Origin: a virus
Taxonomy: Duplodnaviria > Heunggongvirae > Uroviricota > Caudoviricetes
Virus record (IMG/VR): IMGVR_UViG_2778261064_000029
DNA length: 36,654 bases
Direction: 5' to 3' (one strand)
Shown here piece after piece: positions 20,515 through 28,087 of the stretch. The position numbers and the translations under genes were made by a program. Numbering within the stretch: position 1 is the stretch's first letter; the number at the start of each line of letters is the position of its first letter. A model generated the notes under the pieces. It did not search any database. It was not told where the DNA came from and saw nothing but the letters and a program-made list of their open reading frames with translations.

Positions 20515-22169
20515 TACCAGCCCCCTCGTTCAAACTGGTGATAATCATCAAAATCATCGTTATCAACACCATCACCACGGTGGCGTGGTGGCAGCGCCTG
20601 TATGCTGTCCTCGTCGATAACAAAACCATTCATATAAGACGCCCTGACAGCCATACAGAGCGCCACGGCAAAGTCGCCATGTCGTCGGCCTTTACCGCCT
20701 TCGTCTTTTGTGCGCCCCTTATCAATCTGCGGAATACCTTTGTCCACCTTGATGTGGAGCAGGTCATCAAGTGTGGTCTGGTGCCGGGCAATCGTGATGT
20801 TCTGCGCTTCAAACTCGCCTTTCAGTTTCGGCATCCACTCCTGATACCAGGATGCGGTCAGATTCACACAGTCGATCATCTCCGGGCCATAAATCAGACG
20901 GGCGGCTTCTGCCAGATAACCGCCGTTACCGGTGGCATCAAATGCAGCGCCGGTAAAACGGGGCAAACGGGACAGAATGAATAAAAGGATTTGTCGCTGC
21001 TGGTCATAGGTCACATTACGCAGCTCCACGCGGAAACATTCGTGTTTGCGTAAGTCAGGAGTGATGGCAAGCGGCACAAACACCGTCAGGTCGCCACGGC
21101 GTGCAAAGTCTTCGCCCAGTACGTGTTTATTGAGCGGCGACAGCGCATCGAGCAACGGGAGCAGCTCCTGTTCACACCAGTCCTGAACGATGCCGTGGCG
21201 CATTTGTGGTGTCAGCGATTCAAAATCGTCCGGGGCTTCAAAACGCAGAATCGGGATATCCCGCGCTGGCGTCATGGCGGCTTCAATCAGCACGCGTGAC
21301 AGATAAGCGCCCCCGGATTTTTTAGGAATGCAGCCGTATTCCTCGTCGGCACTCTCTTTATTCGGCGCATTACGGTACAGGCCATCACGCCAGGCTTTTT
21401 CCGCTTCCGGCGACCACGACTGATTCGTGACGTAACAGATACGCCGGTACAGTCCGTCAGCGATGGCATCATCCAGCGTGATGCGGTGAACGCTGTAATC
21501 CTTGCGCCCCTCGCGCGCATCCTGAATGTACTGGTTAAACAGGTTATCGACGCCGTTATGTGTCGATATGATGCGCACGCTGGCACCCCACATGTTTAGT
21601 GCAAAGGCCGCTTTCAGCAGTTCGTCCAGGGCTTCATGGAATGCCGCCTCATCAATCACCACGTCCCCCTGCAAACCACGCAGGTTAGACGGGCGGCTTG
21701 ACAGCGCCTGTATCTTAAATCCGCTGTTCGGAAAGCGGATCATGTAGGTGAGGATTTCTTCTTTTTTGTCGCTGTCCCAGAAGGTCTGCTCCCAGACGTC
21801 AGCCTTTGCCAGCTGGTTAAAGGCGCGGGCAAACAGGGCACAGGCGGCGATGTATTCCAGCGCCATTTCCTGACGGGAACCCACATAAAAGACGTTGCGA
21901 CCACCGCGACGCTTCGGCTTTGCTGCCGTCATGACATTGCGGCCCGCTTCAGCCCATGTCAGACCGGTACGACGGGATTTTTCAGCGATGCAAATCTGGC
22001 TTTCATCCTCAAACCAGCGCCGCTGATAGCCCAGAAAAACCGGTTCATTGCGGGGCTGTGCTTCCCCGATATCGGTCACGATATTCACGCCGAGCAGTCC
22101 GGCTTCCTCACGCAGGTTGATTTTGCGGGGGGCATGAAGGGCTTTAAGGTTGTTTTCTCTGGTGTTCAT
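20514..22169 (-). CDS. Terminase large subunit; ORF track extends to 22256 but ATG at 22169 is the likely start
   Basis: About 551 aa from MNTRENNLKALHAP...; ATPase-like N-terminal half and nuclease-like C-terminal half. Confidence 0.85.
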   Translation of the reverse strand: MNTRENNLKALHAPRKINLREEAGLLGVNIVTDIGEAQPRNEPVFLGYQRRWFEDESQICIAEKSRRTGLTWAEAGRNVMTAAKPKRRGGRNVFYVGSRQEMALEYIAACALFARAFNQLAKADVWEQTFWDSDKKEEILTYMIRFPNSGFKIQALSSRPSNLRGLQGDVVIDEAAFHEALDELLKAAFALNMWGASVRIISTHNGVDNLFNQYIQDAREGRKDYSVHRITLDDAIADGLYRRICYVTNQSWSPEAEKAWRDGLYRNAPNKESADEEYGCIPKKSGGAYLSRVLIEAAMTPARDIPILRFEAPDDFESLTPQMRHGIVQDWCEQELLPLLDALSPLNKHVLGEDFARRGDLTVFVPLAITPDLRKHECFRVELRNVTYDQQRQILLFILSRLPRFTGAAFDATGNGGYLAEAARLIYGPEMIDCVNLTASWYQEWMPKLKGEFEAQNITIARHQTTLDDLLHIKVDKGIPQIDKGRTKDEGGKGRRHGDFAVALCMAVRASYMNGFVIDEDSIQALPPRHRGDGVDNDDFDDYHQFERGGW

Positions 22170-22176
22170 AACCCTC

Positions 22177-22767
22177 TCATGCCTTACCCAGCAGTACATC
22201 ACGGATACGCTGCTCCAGCTCTTCGCTGATGCCATCCTGCCCGCGCAGTTCTTCACTCACGGCGTTTGCCGCTTCTTCTGCGAATGCCTGGCGGATTTCT
22301 TTCTCGCGCCGGTGGCTGGACATTGCCGTGGATTCCAGACGCTGTGCCGCCAGCATGGCATTTTTCAGCAGGTCAATATCCACGTCAGATTCCGGGGTTT
22401 CGATTTGCCGCATCATGGCCTTAAAAAGCTGGCTGCGGGCCATTTCCAGAATCAGCTTTGTGGTTTCTCCCATTGGCTTGTCGCCAAGTTCTGCGGTCAG
22501 TGCTGACGTCATTTCACGCATCTGTCGCAGGTTATGGCCTACCTGCTCGACGTTCGTCGCGTAACGGTTCAGACCGGAACGGGAGAGTTTCATCTCATCC
22601 GGCAGGCCAGCGTCTTCAATCAGTACGTTAATTTCTTCCAGAATGCGGGCCTGTGGGATCGCTTTATCACGCAGCATTTCATGCAGCGTTTTACGTACGT
22701 TTTCCGGCAGTAAATCCACTTTTGAAGCCCGGCCCCGTGTTTTCCTGTCCATCACGCCTCCTGTCAT
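22177..22767 (-). CDS. Putative terminase small subunit / DNA-binding packaging protein (Mu gp27-like)
   Basis: 196 aa; basic N-terminus with HTH-like segment, acidic helical C-terminus; precedes large terminase. Confidence 0.65.
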   Translation of the reverse strand: MTGGVMDRKTRGRASKVDLLPENVRKTLHEMLRDKAIPQARILEEINVLIEDAGLPDEMKLSRSGLNRYATNVEQVGHNLRQMREMTSALTAELGDKPMGETTKLILEMARSQLFKAMMRQIETPESDVDIDLLKNAMLAAQRLESTAMSSHRREKEIRQAFAEEAANAVSEELRGQDGISEELEQRIRDVLLGKA

Positions 22768-23054
22768 GCACGGGGACGAGGACGCTTGACACCGGCAACG
22801 CGGGCACGACCTTCTGCCACATCCTGACCTCGGGAGGTCAGCGTTACGACATAAAAGCCGCGCAGGTTTTCCACGGTGACCAGTTGCTGCTCTGCCAGCC
22901 AGTCAATCTGGCCGCGAACCACATCGCGGGAAACGTTGTGTCCGTATGCATCCAGACAGTCCTGAAGGATGGATTCGTTTGCTTCGTTATTGCAGTCCAT
23001 CAGGGAACGCAGGATGACCAGACGACGGTCTTCGGTCAGAATATCGTTAATCAT
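22764..23054 (-). CDS. Hypothetical protein (Mu gp26-like)
   Basis: 96 aa; ATGA overlaps on both sides. Confidence 0.55.
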   Translation of the reverse strand: MINDILTEDRRLVILRSLMDCNNEANESILQDCLDAYGHNVSRDVVRGQIDWLAEQQLVTVENLRGFYVVTLTSRGQDVAEGRARVAGVKRPRPRA

Positions 23055-23350
23055 GAATTACTCCGGTTTACTGCGTTTTCAAGCAGCAGCTCCAGTTGAT
23101 GGGAAAATGACTGCACCCGCTGGGACAGCACCCGGATATCGCCGGACAGCTCTGCAATTCGCAGGCGCATTTCGTGTACATCTTCTGTGCCAGGGATGCT
23201 GGCGTAGCGGGTTTCCATTTCGGTCATCCGGTTTTCAAGACGCTCCACACGCTCAGTGCTGGCAAAACTACGACGCATTGCCCAGACGGCCCCACCGGCC
23301 ACAACAGGCAACAGGTAAGGCCATAACGCTAAAACTGAAATCAAATCCAT
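23051..23350 (-). CDS. Membrane protein with N-terminal TM helix and coiled coil (Mu gp25-like, lysis-associated candidate); ATG at 23350 preferred over GTG 23368
   Basis: MDLISVLALWPYLLPVVAGGAVWAM hydrophobic segment then heptad-like region; GGAG RBS. Confidence 0.55.
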   Translation of the reverse strand: MDLISVLALWPYLLPVVAGGAVWAMRRSFASTERVERLENRMTEMETRYASIPGTEDVHEMRLRIAELSGDIRVLSQRVQSFSHQLELLLENAVNRSNS

Positions 23351-23544
23351 TATTCTGCTCCACGGCACCAGTGGCAGTAGTTCGCCATCGGCTGCTGTCT
23401 CAGCACATCAGGCCGCAGCTCACGACCGCAACCGGCACACAATACAGGCGGGTCATACGCCGCCGGGCGGGGAATATCACGGGTATCCCCCTGCCAGAGT
23501 TCAGCGAGCAGCAGCGCCACCGCCCGGTTCTGGTCTTCGTTCAT
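23350..23544 (-). CDS. Small Cys-motif protein (CAGC ... CHWC), putative zinc ribbon (Mu gp24-like)
   Basis: 64 aa; AAGGAA RBS 7 nt upstream of ATG. Confidence 0.55.
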   Translation of the reverse strand: MNEDQNRAVALLLAELWQGDTRDIPRPAAYDPPVLCAGCGRELRPDVLRQQPMANYCHWCRGAE

Positions 23545-23843
23545 AAATTTCTTTCCTTCGGGTCTCCTGTTCCCGGACTGATGCCTTGTCGCGGTTGCAC
23601 TGCCCGAGCGCCATCAACAGGTCAGCATTCCAGAGAAGGGATGCTCCCCACGTCAGGGGCTGTGGCATGGGCGGAACGGGCGTTGCTTCCGTCAGTTCTG
23701 CATCAGTTTCGGGCAGGATCACCACCGATGGCACGGGTGCGTTTTTCGAGTTCCCGCAACCTGTCAGCAGCAACGGCAGGCACAGGACGAGTGCTGCAAT
23801 TGTCACCGGTAATGGCGGTTGTAATTTTTTGTTTTGCATCATG
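23501..23843 (-). CDS. Outer-membrane spanin candidate (lipoprotein), start embedded in i-spanin gene and extending beyond it
   Basis: MMQNKKLQPPLPVTIAALVLCLPLLLTGCG lipobox-type signal, Pro-rich mature part; different frame overlapping 23703..24089. Confidence 0.5.
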
Positions 23844-24089
23844 ATGTTCTGTCTCATCTGCCAGCCGCGCGGCACGATTTGCGGCACGGATAGCGGAAAA
23901 TACCTGCATCGTCTGTTCCTGACCGTGTAACAACCATTCAGCCGTGTTGCGGGCCTGTTGCTCCGTCTGTAATTCACGGCGCAGCGTCTGGTTATCGTGG
24001 CGGGTGCTGTCCAGCCTGTGCCACAACACCCCGGACAGAACGGCGGCAAACACGGCTGCCAGCAGTAAACTTTTACTGGCGAAGGTCAT
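23703..24089 (-). CDS. Inner-membrane spanin candidate (Rz-like)
   Basis: 128 aa; N-terminal TM helix (LLLAAVFAAVLSGVLW) followed by charged helical periplasmic domain; directly after endolysin. Confidence 0.7.
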   Translation of the reverse strand: MTFASKSLLLAAVFAAVLSGVLWHRLDSTRHDNQTLRRELQTEQQARNTAEWLLHGQEQTMQVFSAIRAANRAARLADETEHHDAKQKITTAITGDNCSTRPVPAVAADRLRELEKRTRAIGGDPARN

Positions 24090-24591
24090 CCGCCCCCCTG
24101 ATATTCCAGATAGCCATTTCCACTTCGCGACGGTTCATCAGTCCTTTCCATTTATGGCCTGCGGCAAACACCCAGCGGGCCATCTGGTCACGCGCTCCGG
24201 CGTAATCACCGGCATTGAGTTTTTTCAGCAGCGTTGATTTACTGAATGCGGTAACACCGGTGTTGAAAATAAACGTTGCCAGCGCCGTTTTCTGATATGG
24301 CGTCAGCGGCACCCTGACAAGACGATCGATTGCCGCATAAACCGGTTTTAAATCACTGTCGAGGAGAGCCATACACTCCGCATGGCTGTAACGGCGCATT
24401 TCGATATCCGGCCCGGTATGCCCCACACAGACCGAAAGCACACCGCCAATATCGCGGTAAGGCATATAAGCGATATTTTCCAGGTGGATCAGAGACTGAC
24501 GGGTCATTTCCTGATAACCACCCACACCGCCACCGGCAATCGTTACAGCCAGCAGTGTGGCTTTCAGTTTTTTTGGTATCCCCGCCATCAT
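24073..24591 (-). CDS. lys: Endolysin, lysozyme-like with N-terminal signal-anchor-release type hydrophobic segment (Mu Lys-like)
   Basis: 172 aa; N-terminus MMAGIPKKLKATLLAVTIAGGGVGGYQE then lysozyme-like core; first gene after C. Confidence 0.85.
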   Translation of the reverse strand: MMAGIPKKLKATLLAVTIAGGGVGGYQEMTRQSLIHLENIAYMPYRDIGGVLSVCVGHTGPDIEMRRYSHAECMALLDSDLKPVYAAIDRLVRVPLTPYQKTALATFIFNTGVTAFSKSTLLKKLNAGDYAGARDQMARWVFAAGHKWKGLMNRREVEMAIWNIRGADDLRQ

Positions 24592-24661
24592 GCTTCCCTG
24601 AAAAAATGCTCTGATGGCAGTCTAAAAAATCAGGTGGCAGGTGCGGGATTATGGTGACAGG

Positions 24662-24688
24662 AAATAACCGGCAGGATGCCGGTTATTT
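24662..24688 (-). terminator. Perfect 12-bp-arm hairpin overlapping the C stop codon (middle-transcript terminator or P_lys-associated structure)
   Basis: aaataaccggca-gga-tgccggttattt. Confidence 0.35.
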
Positions 24689-25105
24689 TGGGCTTTCAGG
24701 TGAGAACAGATCAGGCTGATGACGTCGTGTATGCAGCTTTCTCTGGCGGGCAATAATCTGGTAGATCTGCGGCTGGGACAGGCGGTACTGGCGACGCAGT
24801 TCTTCCATGTTACGACCATTAAACTGGCAGTAAAGCAAATCGTCGCGTAACGCGGTCAGGATCGTATCGCCGCAGGGGATGTAAAACTGCCGTCCACCCA
24901 GAAAACAGGACAGGGCAACGGCCTGTTTACGGGCAAGTTCACGGGGATTGCTGACGTTCTGGCGTTTCAGTTCGTTTTCCAGAACATCAATCAGATCAAC
25001 CACCGAACGGGGCCAGCGTGATTCCAGTTCCGGGGCCGGGATGTTATCAATATGTCCGATTAACTGGCGAATTGCCGGATCGTGTTCAAATAAATCATGC
25101 TGCAT
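24683..25105 (-). CDS. C: Late transcription activator C (Mor/C family)
   Basis: 140 aa; paralogous to Mor in the window (LGGRQFYIPCGD vs LGGGQVYIPRGQ; FNGRNMEEL vs FNGRNVHEL). Confidence 0.9.
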   Translation of the reverse strand: MQHDLFEHDPAIRQLIGHIDNIPAPELESRWPRSVVDLIDVLENELKRQNVSNPRELARKQAVALSCFLGGRQFYIPCGDTILTALRDDLLYCQFNGRNMEELRRQYRLSQPQIYQIIARQRKLHTRRHQPDLFSPESPK

Positions 25106-25117
25106 ATTTTCCCCCGG

Positions 25118-25237
25118 TTAACAGACAGAAAGATACACCACGGCACTGATGGTTATCAGAACCACAAGGGCAATCACTTTTATCGCACTCATCAGCGTGG
25201 ACGGCCCGAAACATTCATCACTGAATTTTCTGTACAT
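25118..25237 (-). CDS. Candidate small membrane protein (39 aa), below the ORF-track cutoff
   Basis: MYRKFSDECFGPSTLMSAIKVIALVVLITISAVVYLSVC; single predicted TM helix; weak RBS; fills the gap upstream of C. Confidence 0.35.
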   Translation of the reverse strand: MYRKFSDECFGPSTLMSAIKVIALVVLITISAVVYLSVC

Positions 25238-25448
25238 GGTATTTTTCTCTGTAACGCCGGCAATGGTGGATAATTTCTGGCATATCAACGGACTGCCAGC
25301 CTTTCATGTAATAACTTCCGTGGGTGCCATCGTGCCCTGTGTAATCCATTGGCTTTGGTGGTGGGCCTCCGGCCTCCCGATGTAATACCTCCTGTCGTAA
25401 ACGTTCACGCCTGCCGAACTGAAAGGACGCATCCCACCCTTTACCCAT
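25218..25448 (-). CDS. Hypothetical protein, 76 aa (ATG 25448 preferred over track start 25502)
   Basis: ATG begins 3 nt after the stop of the upstream GH108-like gene (coupling). Confidence 0.5.
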   Translation of the reverse strand: MGKGWDASFQFGRRERLRQEVLHREAGGPPPKPMDYTGHDGTHGSYYMKGWQSVDMPEIIHHCRRYREKYHVQKIQ

Positions 25449-26001
25449 GCAGAACCTCCCGACAGGCGCTGGCGAGCAGATCCAGACGGTTAAACCAGCC
25501 ATTCAGATATTTCCCCTGCGAGGCACTGGATTTGATAATCCCTGCGTAATAGCGGGAACGACGCAGGAAGCACTGCAACAGCAGCCAGTCAGTATCGGCA
25601 CGCAGAACGGCTGCGCGTGTGTTTTTACCGACGATGCCATCATCATCAACACCTGCTGCCGCCTGGAGGATCTGAATCGCGCGTTTAACACCGTGCTGAA
25701 CGGCAGCATCAAAAACGAATAAGGAAACGCCATCAGGCCATTCGTTACACTTTGCCGCCAGCCAGTAATCACGCCAGTAGATCTGCGCCGCCTGCTCGCG
25801 GGTTAAATCCTTAATGCGGGTATCAGGTTTTCCGTCACCGTTAACATCGGTTTTGCCATCAATAACGCCGTCGCGACGGTCAGAAATACCGTATTTCGTT
25901 TCGCCGCCACGGTCGGCAGGATCATTAACATAGCCACCTTCAACATCAGGGCGTATAACGAAATTCAGCGAATGAAGGAATGCAGGGGAAAACTCAGGCA
26001 T
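25441..26001 (-). CDS. Peptidoglycan hydrolase candidate, GH108-type N-terminal motif plus peptidoglycan-binding-like C-terminal region
   Basis: EGGYVNDPADRGGETKYGIS motif near the N-terminus, then IYWRDYW; AGGAGG RBS 6 nt upstream; first gene after the early terminator. Confidence 0.75.
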   Translation of the reverse strand: MPEFSPAFLHSLNFVIRPDVEGGYVNDPADRGGETKYGISDRRDGVIDGKTDVNGDGKPDTRIKDLTREQAAQIYWRDYWLAAKCNEWPDGVSLFVFDAAVQHGVKRAIQILQAAAGVDDDGIVGKNTRAAVLRADTDWLLLQCFLRRSRYYAGIIKSSASQGKYLNGWFNRLDLLASACREVLHG

Positions 26002-26053
26002 GTTGCCCTCCTGTCATGAACGTTTTATCGTCACAACAGAATATTGAGGGCGT

Positions 26054-26075
26054 AAAAAAAGCCGGATTAACCGGC
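26054..26075 (-). terminator. Intrinsic terminator 8 nt after mor stop (early-operon terminator)
   Basis: Minus-strand RNA: GCCGG-UUAAU-CCGGC followed by UUUUUUU. Confidence 0.65.
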
Positions 26076-26083
26076 TTTACTGT

Positions 26084-26473
26084 TTAAAACAAAGGGGGGG
26101 AATACTGACGATACTTTATACGCCGCATTCGTCGGATGGCTTTATAGACTGTGTTAAATGTCACACCATGACGGATTGCCAGTTCGTGAACATTGCGACC
26201 GTTGAAATCATTCCAGATACGCAAATCCCGAATAAGCGAATCCAGAACCTGACCGCGTGGAATGTAGACCTGACCGCCGCCCAGATGCTTACAGATAGCC
26301 ACAACAATCTCCAGTGAATGGGCCGGGTCAACACCTAACCGGGACAATTCCCCGCGCAGTAAATCGTTCAGCTCCGCCAGCAGTGCCGGAAAGCGTGACG
26401 TATCCTCTGCGGGATTGTCAAGATGTGCCAGGATGGTGTCATCCTGCAAATCACCAAATAAATCTTCCGTCAT
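26084..26473 (-). CDS. mor: Middle operon regulator Mor (Mor/C family activator)
   Basis: 129 aa; paralog of C; ATGA overlap with gemA. Confidence 0.9.
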   Translation of the reverse strand: MTEDLFGDLQDDTILAHLDNPAEDTSRFPALLAELNDLLRGELSRLGVDPAHSLEIVVAICKHLGGGQVYIPRGQVLDSLIRDLRIWNDFNGRNVHELAIRHGVTFNTVYKAIRRMRRIKYRQYSPPLF

Positions 26474-27021
26474 TGTGCCATCCTCCGTGTCTTTCTGGCA
26501 CGGGCATAAGCCGCCGTCATGGCATCATAGCCGCGCAGTTCACGCCCGGACGGACTGACTGGCAACGGAAGCCCGTGACGGGAAAAGGCTTCACGAATAC
26601 AGCGGATATGCCACTGCTTGAGAGTTTCGAGAACAATCAACAGGGTGTCGCCATGACACCACGCCAGCGTGGAAACACCCTGTCTGCCATTACGTTTCGC
26701 CGTCAGGCGCTGAACATATTTATCCAGCGCCACATCACCGTCATCGGTAATAAAACCGTCTTCTGCCATCTGCTGCCAGACTTTGTATACCTTCTCGCGG
26801 GGCGTGACATGCCCCTTAAAGCGGCGACGTGGATGTTTATTCAGCTTCTTAAAGCCGCGTTCTTTCATGGCATCGAGCACCTGTTCCAGTTGCGTAACCG
26901 TCAGCTCGCGGCAACTGATTTTGCCCGTTTTCTGCATCAGAAAAGCGCGGTAAGTGTCGTCGTCGAGTTGTAGCTCCCGACGGGCGACATGGATTAATTT
27001 AATCAGGGATGTGCGATTCAT
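26470..27021 (-). CDS. gemA: GemA-like early protein
   Basis: 183 aa; position immediately upstream of mor; GGAGG RBS. Confidence 0.8.
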   Translation of the reverse strand: MNRTSLIKLIHVARRELQLDDDTYRAFLMQKTGKISCRELTVTQLEQVLDAMKERGFKKLNKHPRRRFKGHVTPREKVYKVWQQMAEDGFITDDGDVALDKYVQRLTAKRNGRQGVSTLAWCHGDTLLIVLETLKQWHIRCIREAFSRHGLPLPVSPSGRELRGYDAMTAAYARARKTRRMAQ

Positions 27022-27090
27022 GATCGTACCTCCGGAAAGAGGCGGTGCTGCAACACCGCCTGAATTTACACATCAATCAGAGAGGATTTT

Positions 27091-27357
27091 ATGGAAAATA
27101 ATGTACAACCTTATGATGTTGCAGGTTATGCGATTGCATCAGCACTGGTGCGCCTTCTGGTGAAGAAGGCGATCATCACCGCAGAAGAGGGCCAGGCCAT
27201 TTTCAGCTCTTCAGCAGAGATTTTAAAAGATGCGCCTGCAATAAGAACAAGCCGCCGCGAAAACATGCAACTGTCAAAGATCATGGAAGACATTATCAGT
27301 TCGTTATACCCAGATGCTGACGGATCTCAAAAGCCTCAAACACATGAGCGTCAGTAA
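27091..27357 (+). CDS. Candidate reverse-oriented ORF (88 aa) in the gap between the last accessory early gene and gemA
   Basis: ATG with AGAGAGGA 5 nt upstream; no minus-strand ORF fills 27022..27295; 3' end overlaps convergent gene 27296..27598 by 62 nt. Confidence 0.3.
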   Translation: MENNVQPYDVAGYAIASALVRLLVKKAIITAEEGQAIFSSSAEILKDAPAIRTSRRENMQLSKIMEDIISSLYPDADGSQKPQTHERQ

Positions 27358-27598
27358 CAATATCCTGGTCTGATAACCCCAGCCTGCGGCGGATGTACTC
27401 CTCGCGGGCTGTTTCATTTTGCAGTGCCACTACTGTTTCCAGACGATTCATTTCGCGGTTGATAATGTCACGGACTTCTCTGGCGGTGAGATTATGCTTA
27501 ATACCATATTCAACGATAGCGCGAACACGTTCCAGCATCCCTTTTTCAGCCATGACGTTATCAATATTAAGGGGAGTAAATTTATCTTCATTTTTCAT
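27296..27598 (-). CDS. Early accessory protein, unknown function (Mu gp15 position)
   Basis: 100 aa; ATGA overlap with upstream gene. Confidence 0.65.
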   Translation of the reverse strand: MKNEDKFTPLNIDNVMAEKGMLERVRAIVEYGIKHNLTAREVRDIINREMNRLETVVALQNETAREEYIRRRLGLSDQDIVTDAHVFEAFEIRQHLGITN

Positions 27599-27903
27599 TT
27601 TGCGGCCCTCAGAATAAATTCAGGATAAAATTTCAGACTCATTTGCCGTAACACATCCAGTGCAGCAACGGCTGCTGATTTATCGTTGCCATCAGCAATA
27701 GCGCGGAGATTTTCAATAATCCAGTGAGGACTCAGTGACTCAGCAATAATGCCAAACCGGTACGCCATGACCTCATCAATAGCTTTTTCATGAGACGGCT
27801 CATATACAAAATTCACAAAGTCATGCACTTCTTTTTTCGGCAAACCACCGGCAATCAGCAGGGCGGCAAGCTCTTCTGATTTTGAAAATACACCATTATT
27901 CAT
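27595..27903 (-). CDS. Early accessory protein, unknown function (ATG 27903 preferred over GTG 27918)
   Basis: About 102 aa; AAGGTGAG upstream. Confidence 0.6.
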   Translation of the reverse strand: MNNGVFSKSEELAALLIAGGLPKKEVHDFVNFVYEPSHEKAIDEVMAYRFGIIAESLSPHWIIENLRAIADGNDKSAAVAALDVLRQMSLKFYPEFILRAAK

Positions 27904-27904
27904 G

Positions 27905-28087
27905 TCACTCACCTTCACAATTCATGCACGCCGTGTCATCGCCCATATCGCAGTGGTTACATTTCTGCCCGCCACAATGAGGGCACTCTTTCAGATATTC
28001 AGGGGATTCATTACCGCAGGTCGGGCATTCCTGTTTCACCGTGGTAAATTTCCCCAGCCACGAATACGATGTTTCATTGTTTTCCAT
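27905..28087 (-). CDS. Small Cys-rich zinc-ribbon-like protein (8 Cys, 2 His in 60 aa)
   Basis: CPTCG...CPHCGG..CNHC...CMNC; GGAGG RBS 6 nt upstream. Confidence 0.6.
   Translation of the reverse strand: MENNETSYSWLGKFTTVKQECPTCGNESPEYLKECPHCGGQKCNHCDMGDDTACMNCEGE

Noticed and set aside
22969-23844. 291-aa plus-strand ORF
   Set aside because: Antisense to the lysis and packaging-associated small genes; Arg/Pro-rich artefact translation.
26314-26973. 219-aa plus-strand ORF
   Set aside because: Antisense to mor and gemA, which are well supported by paralogy (Mor/C) and coupling; shadow ORF.
27022-27295. Minus-strand 54-codon frame (MSSMIFDSCMF...) in the gp15-gemA gap
   Set aside because: No Shine-Dalgarno, and the translation looks like the antisense shadow of the plus-strand 88-aa ORF; the other two minus frames are closed by multiple stops.
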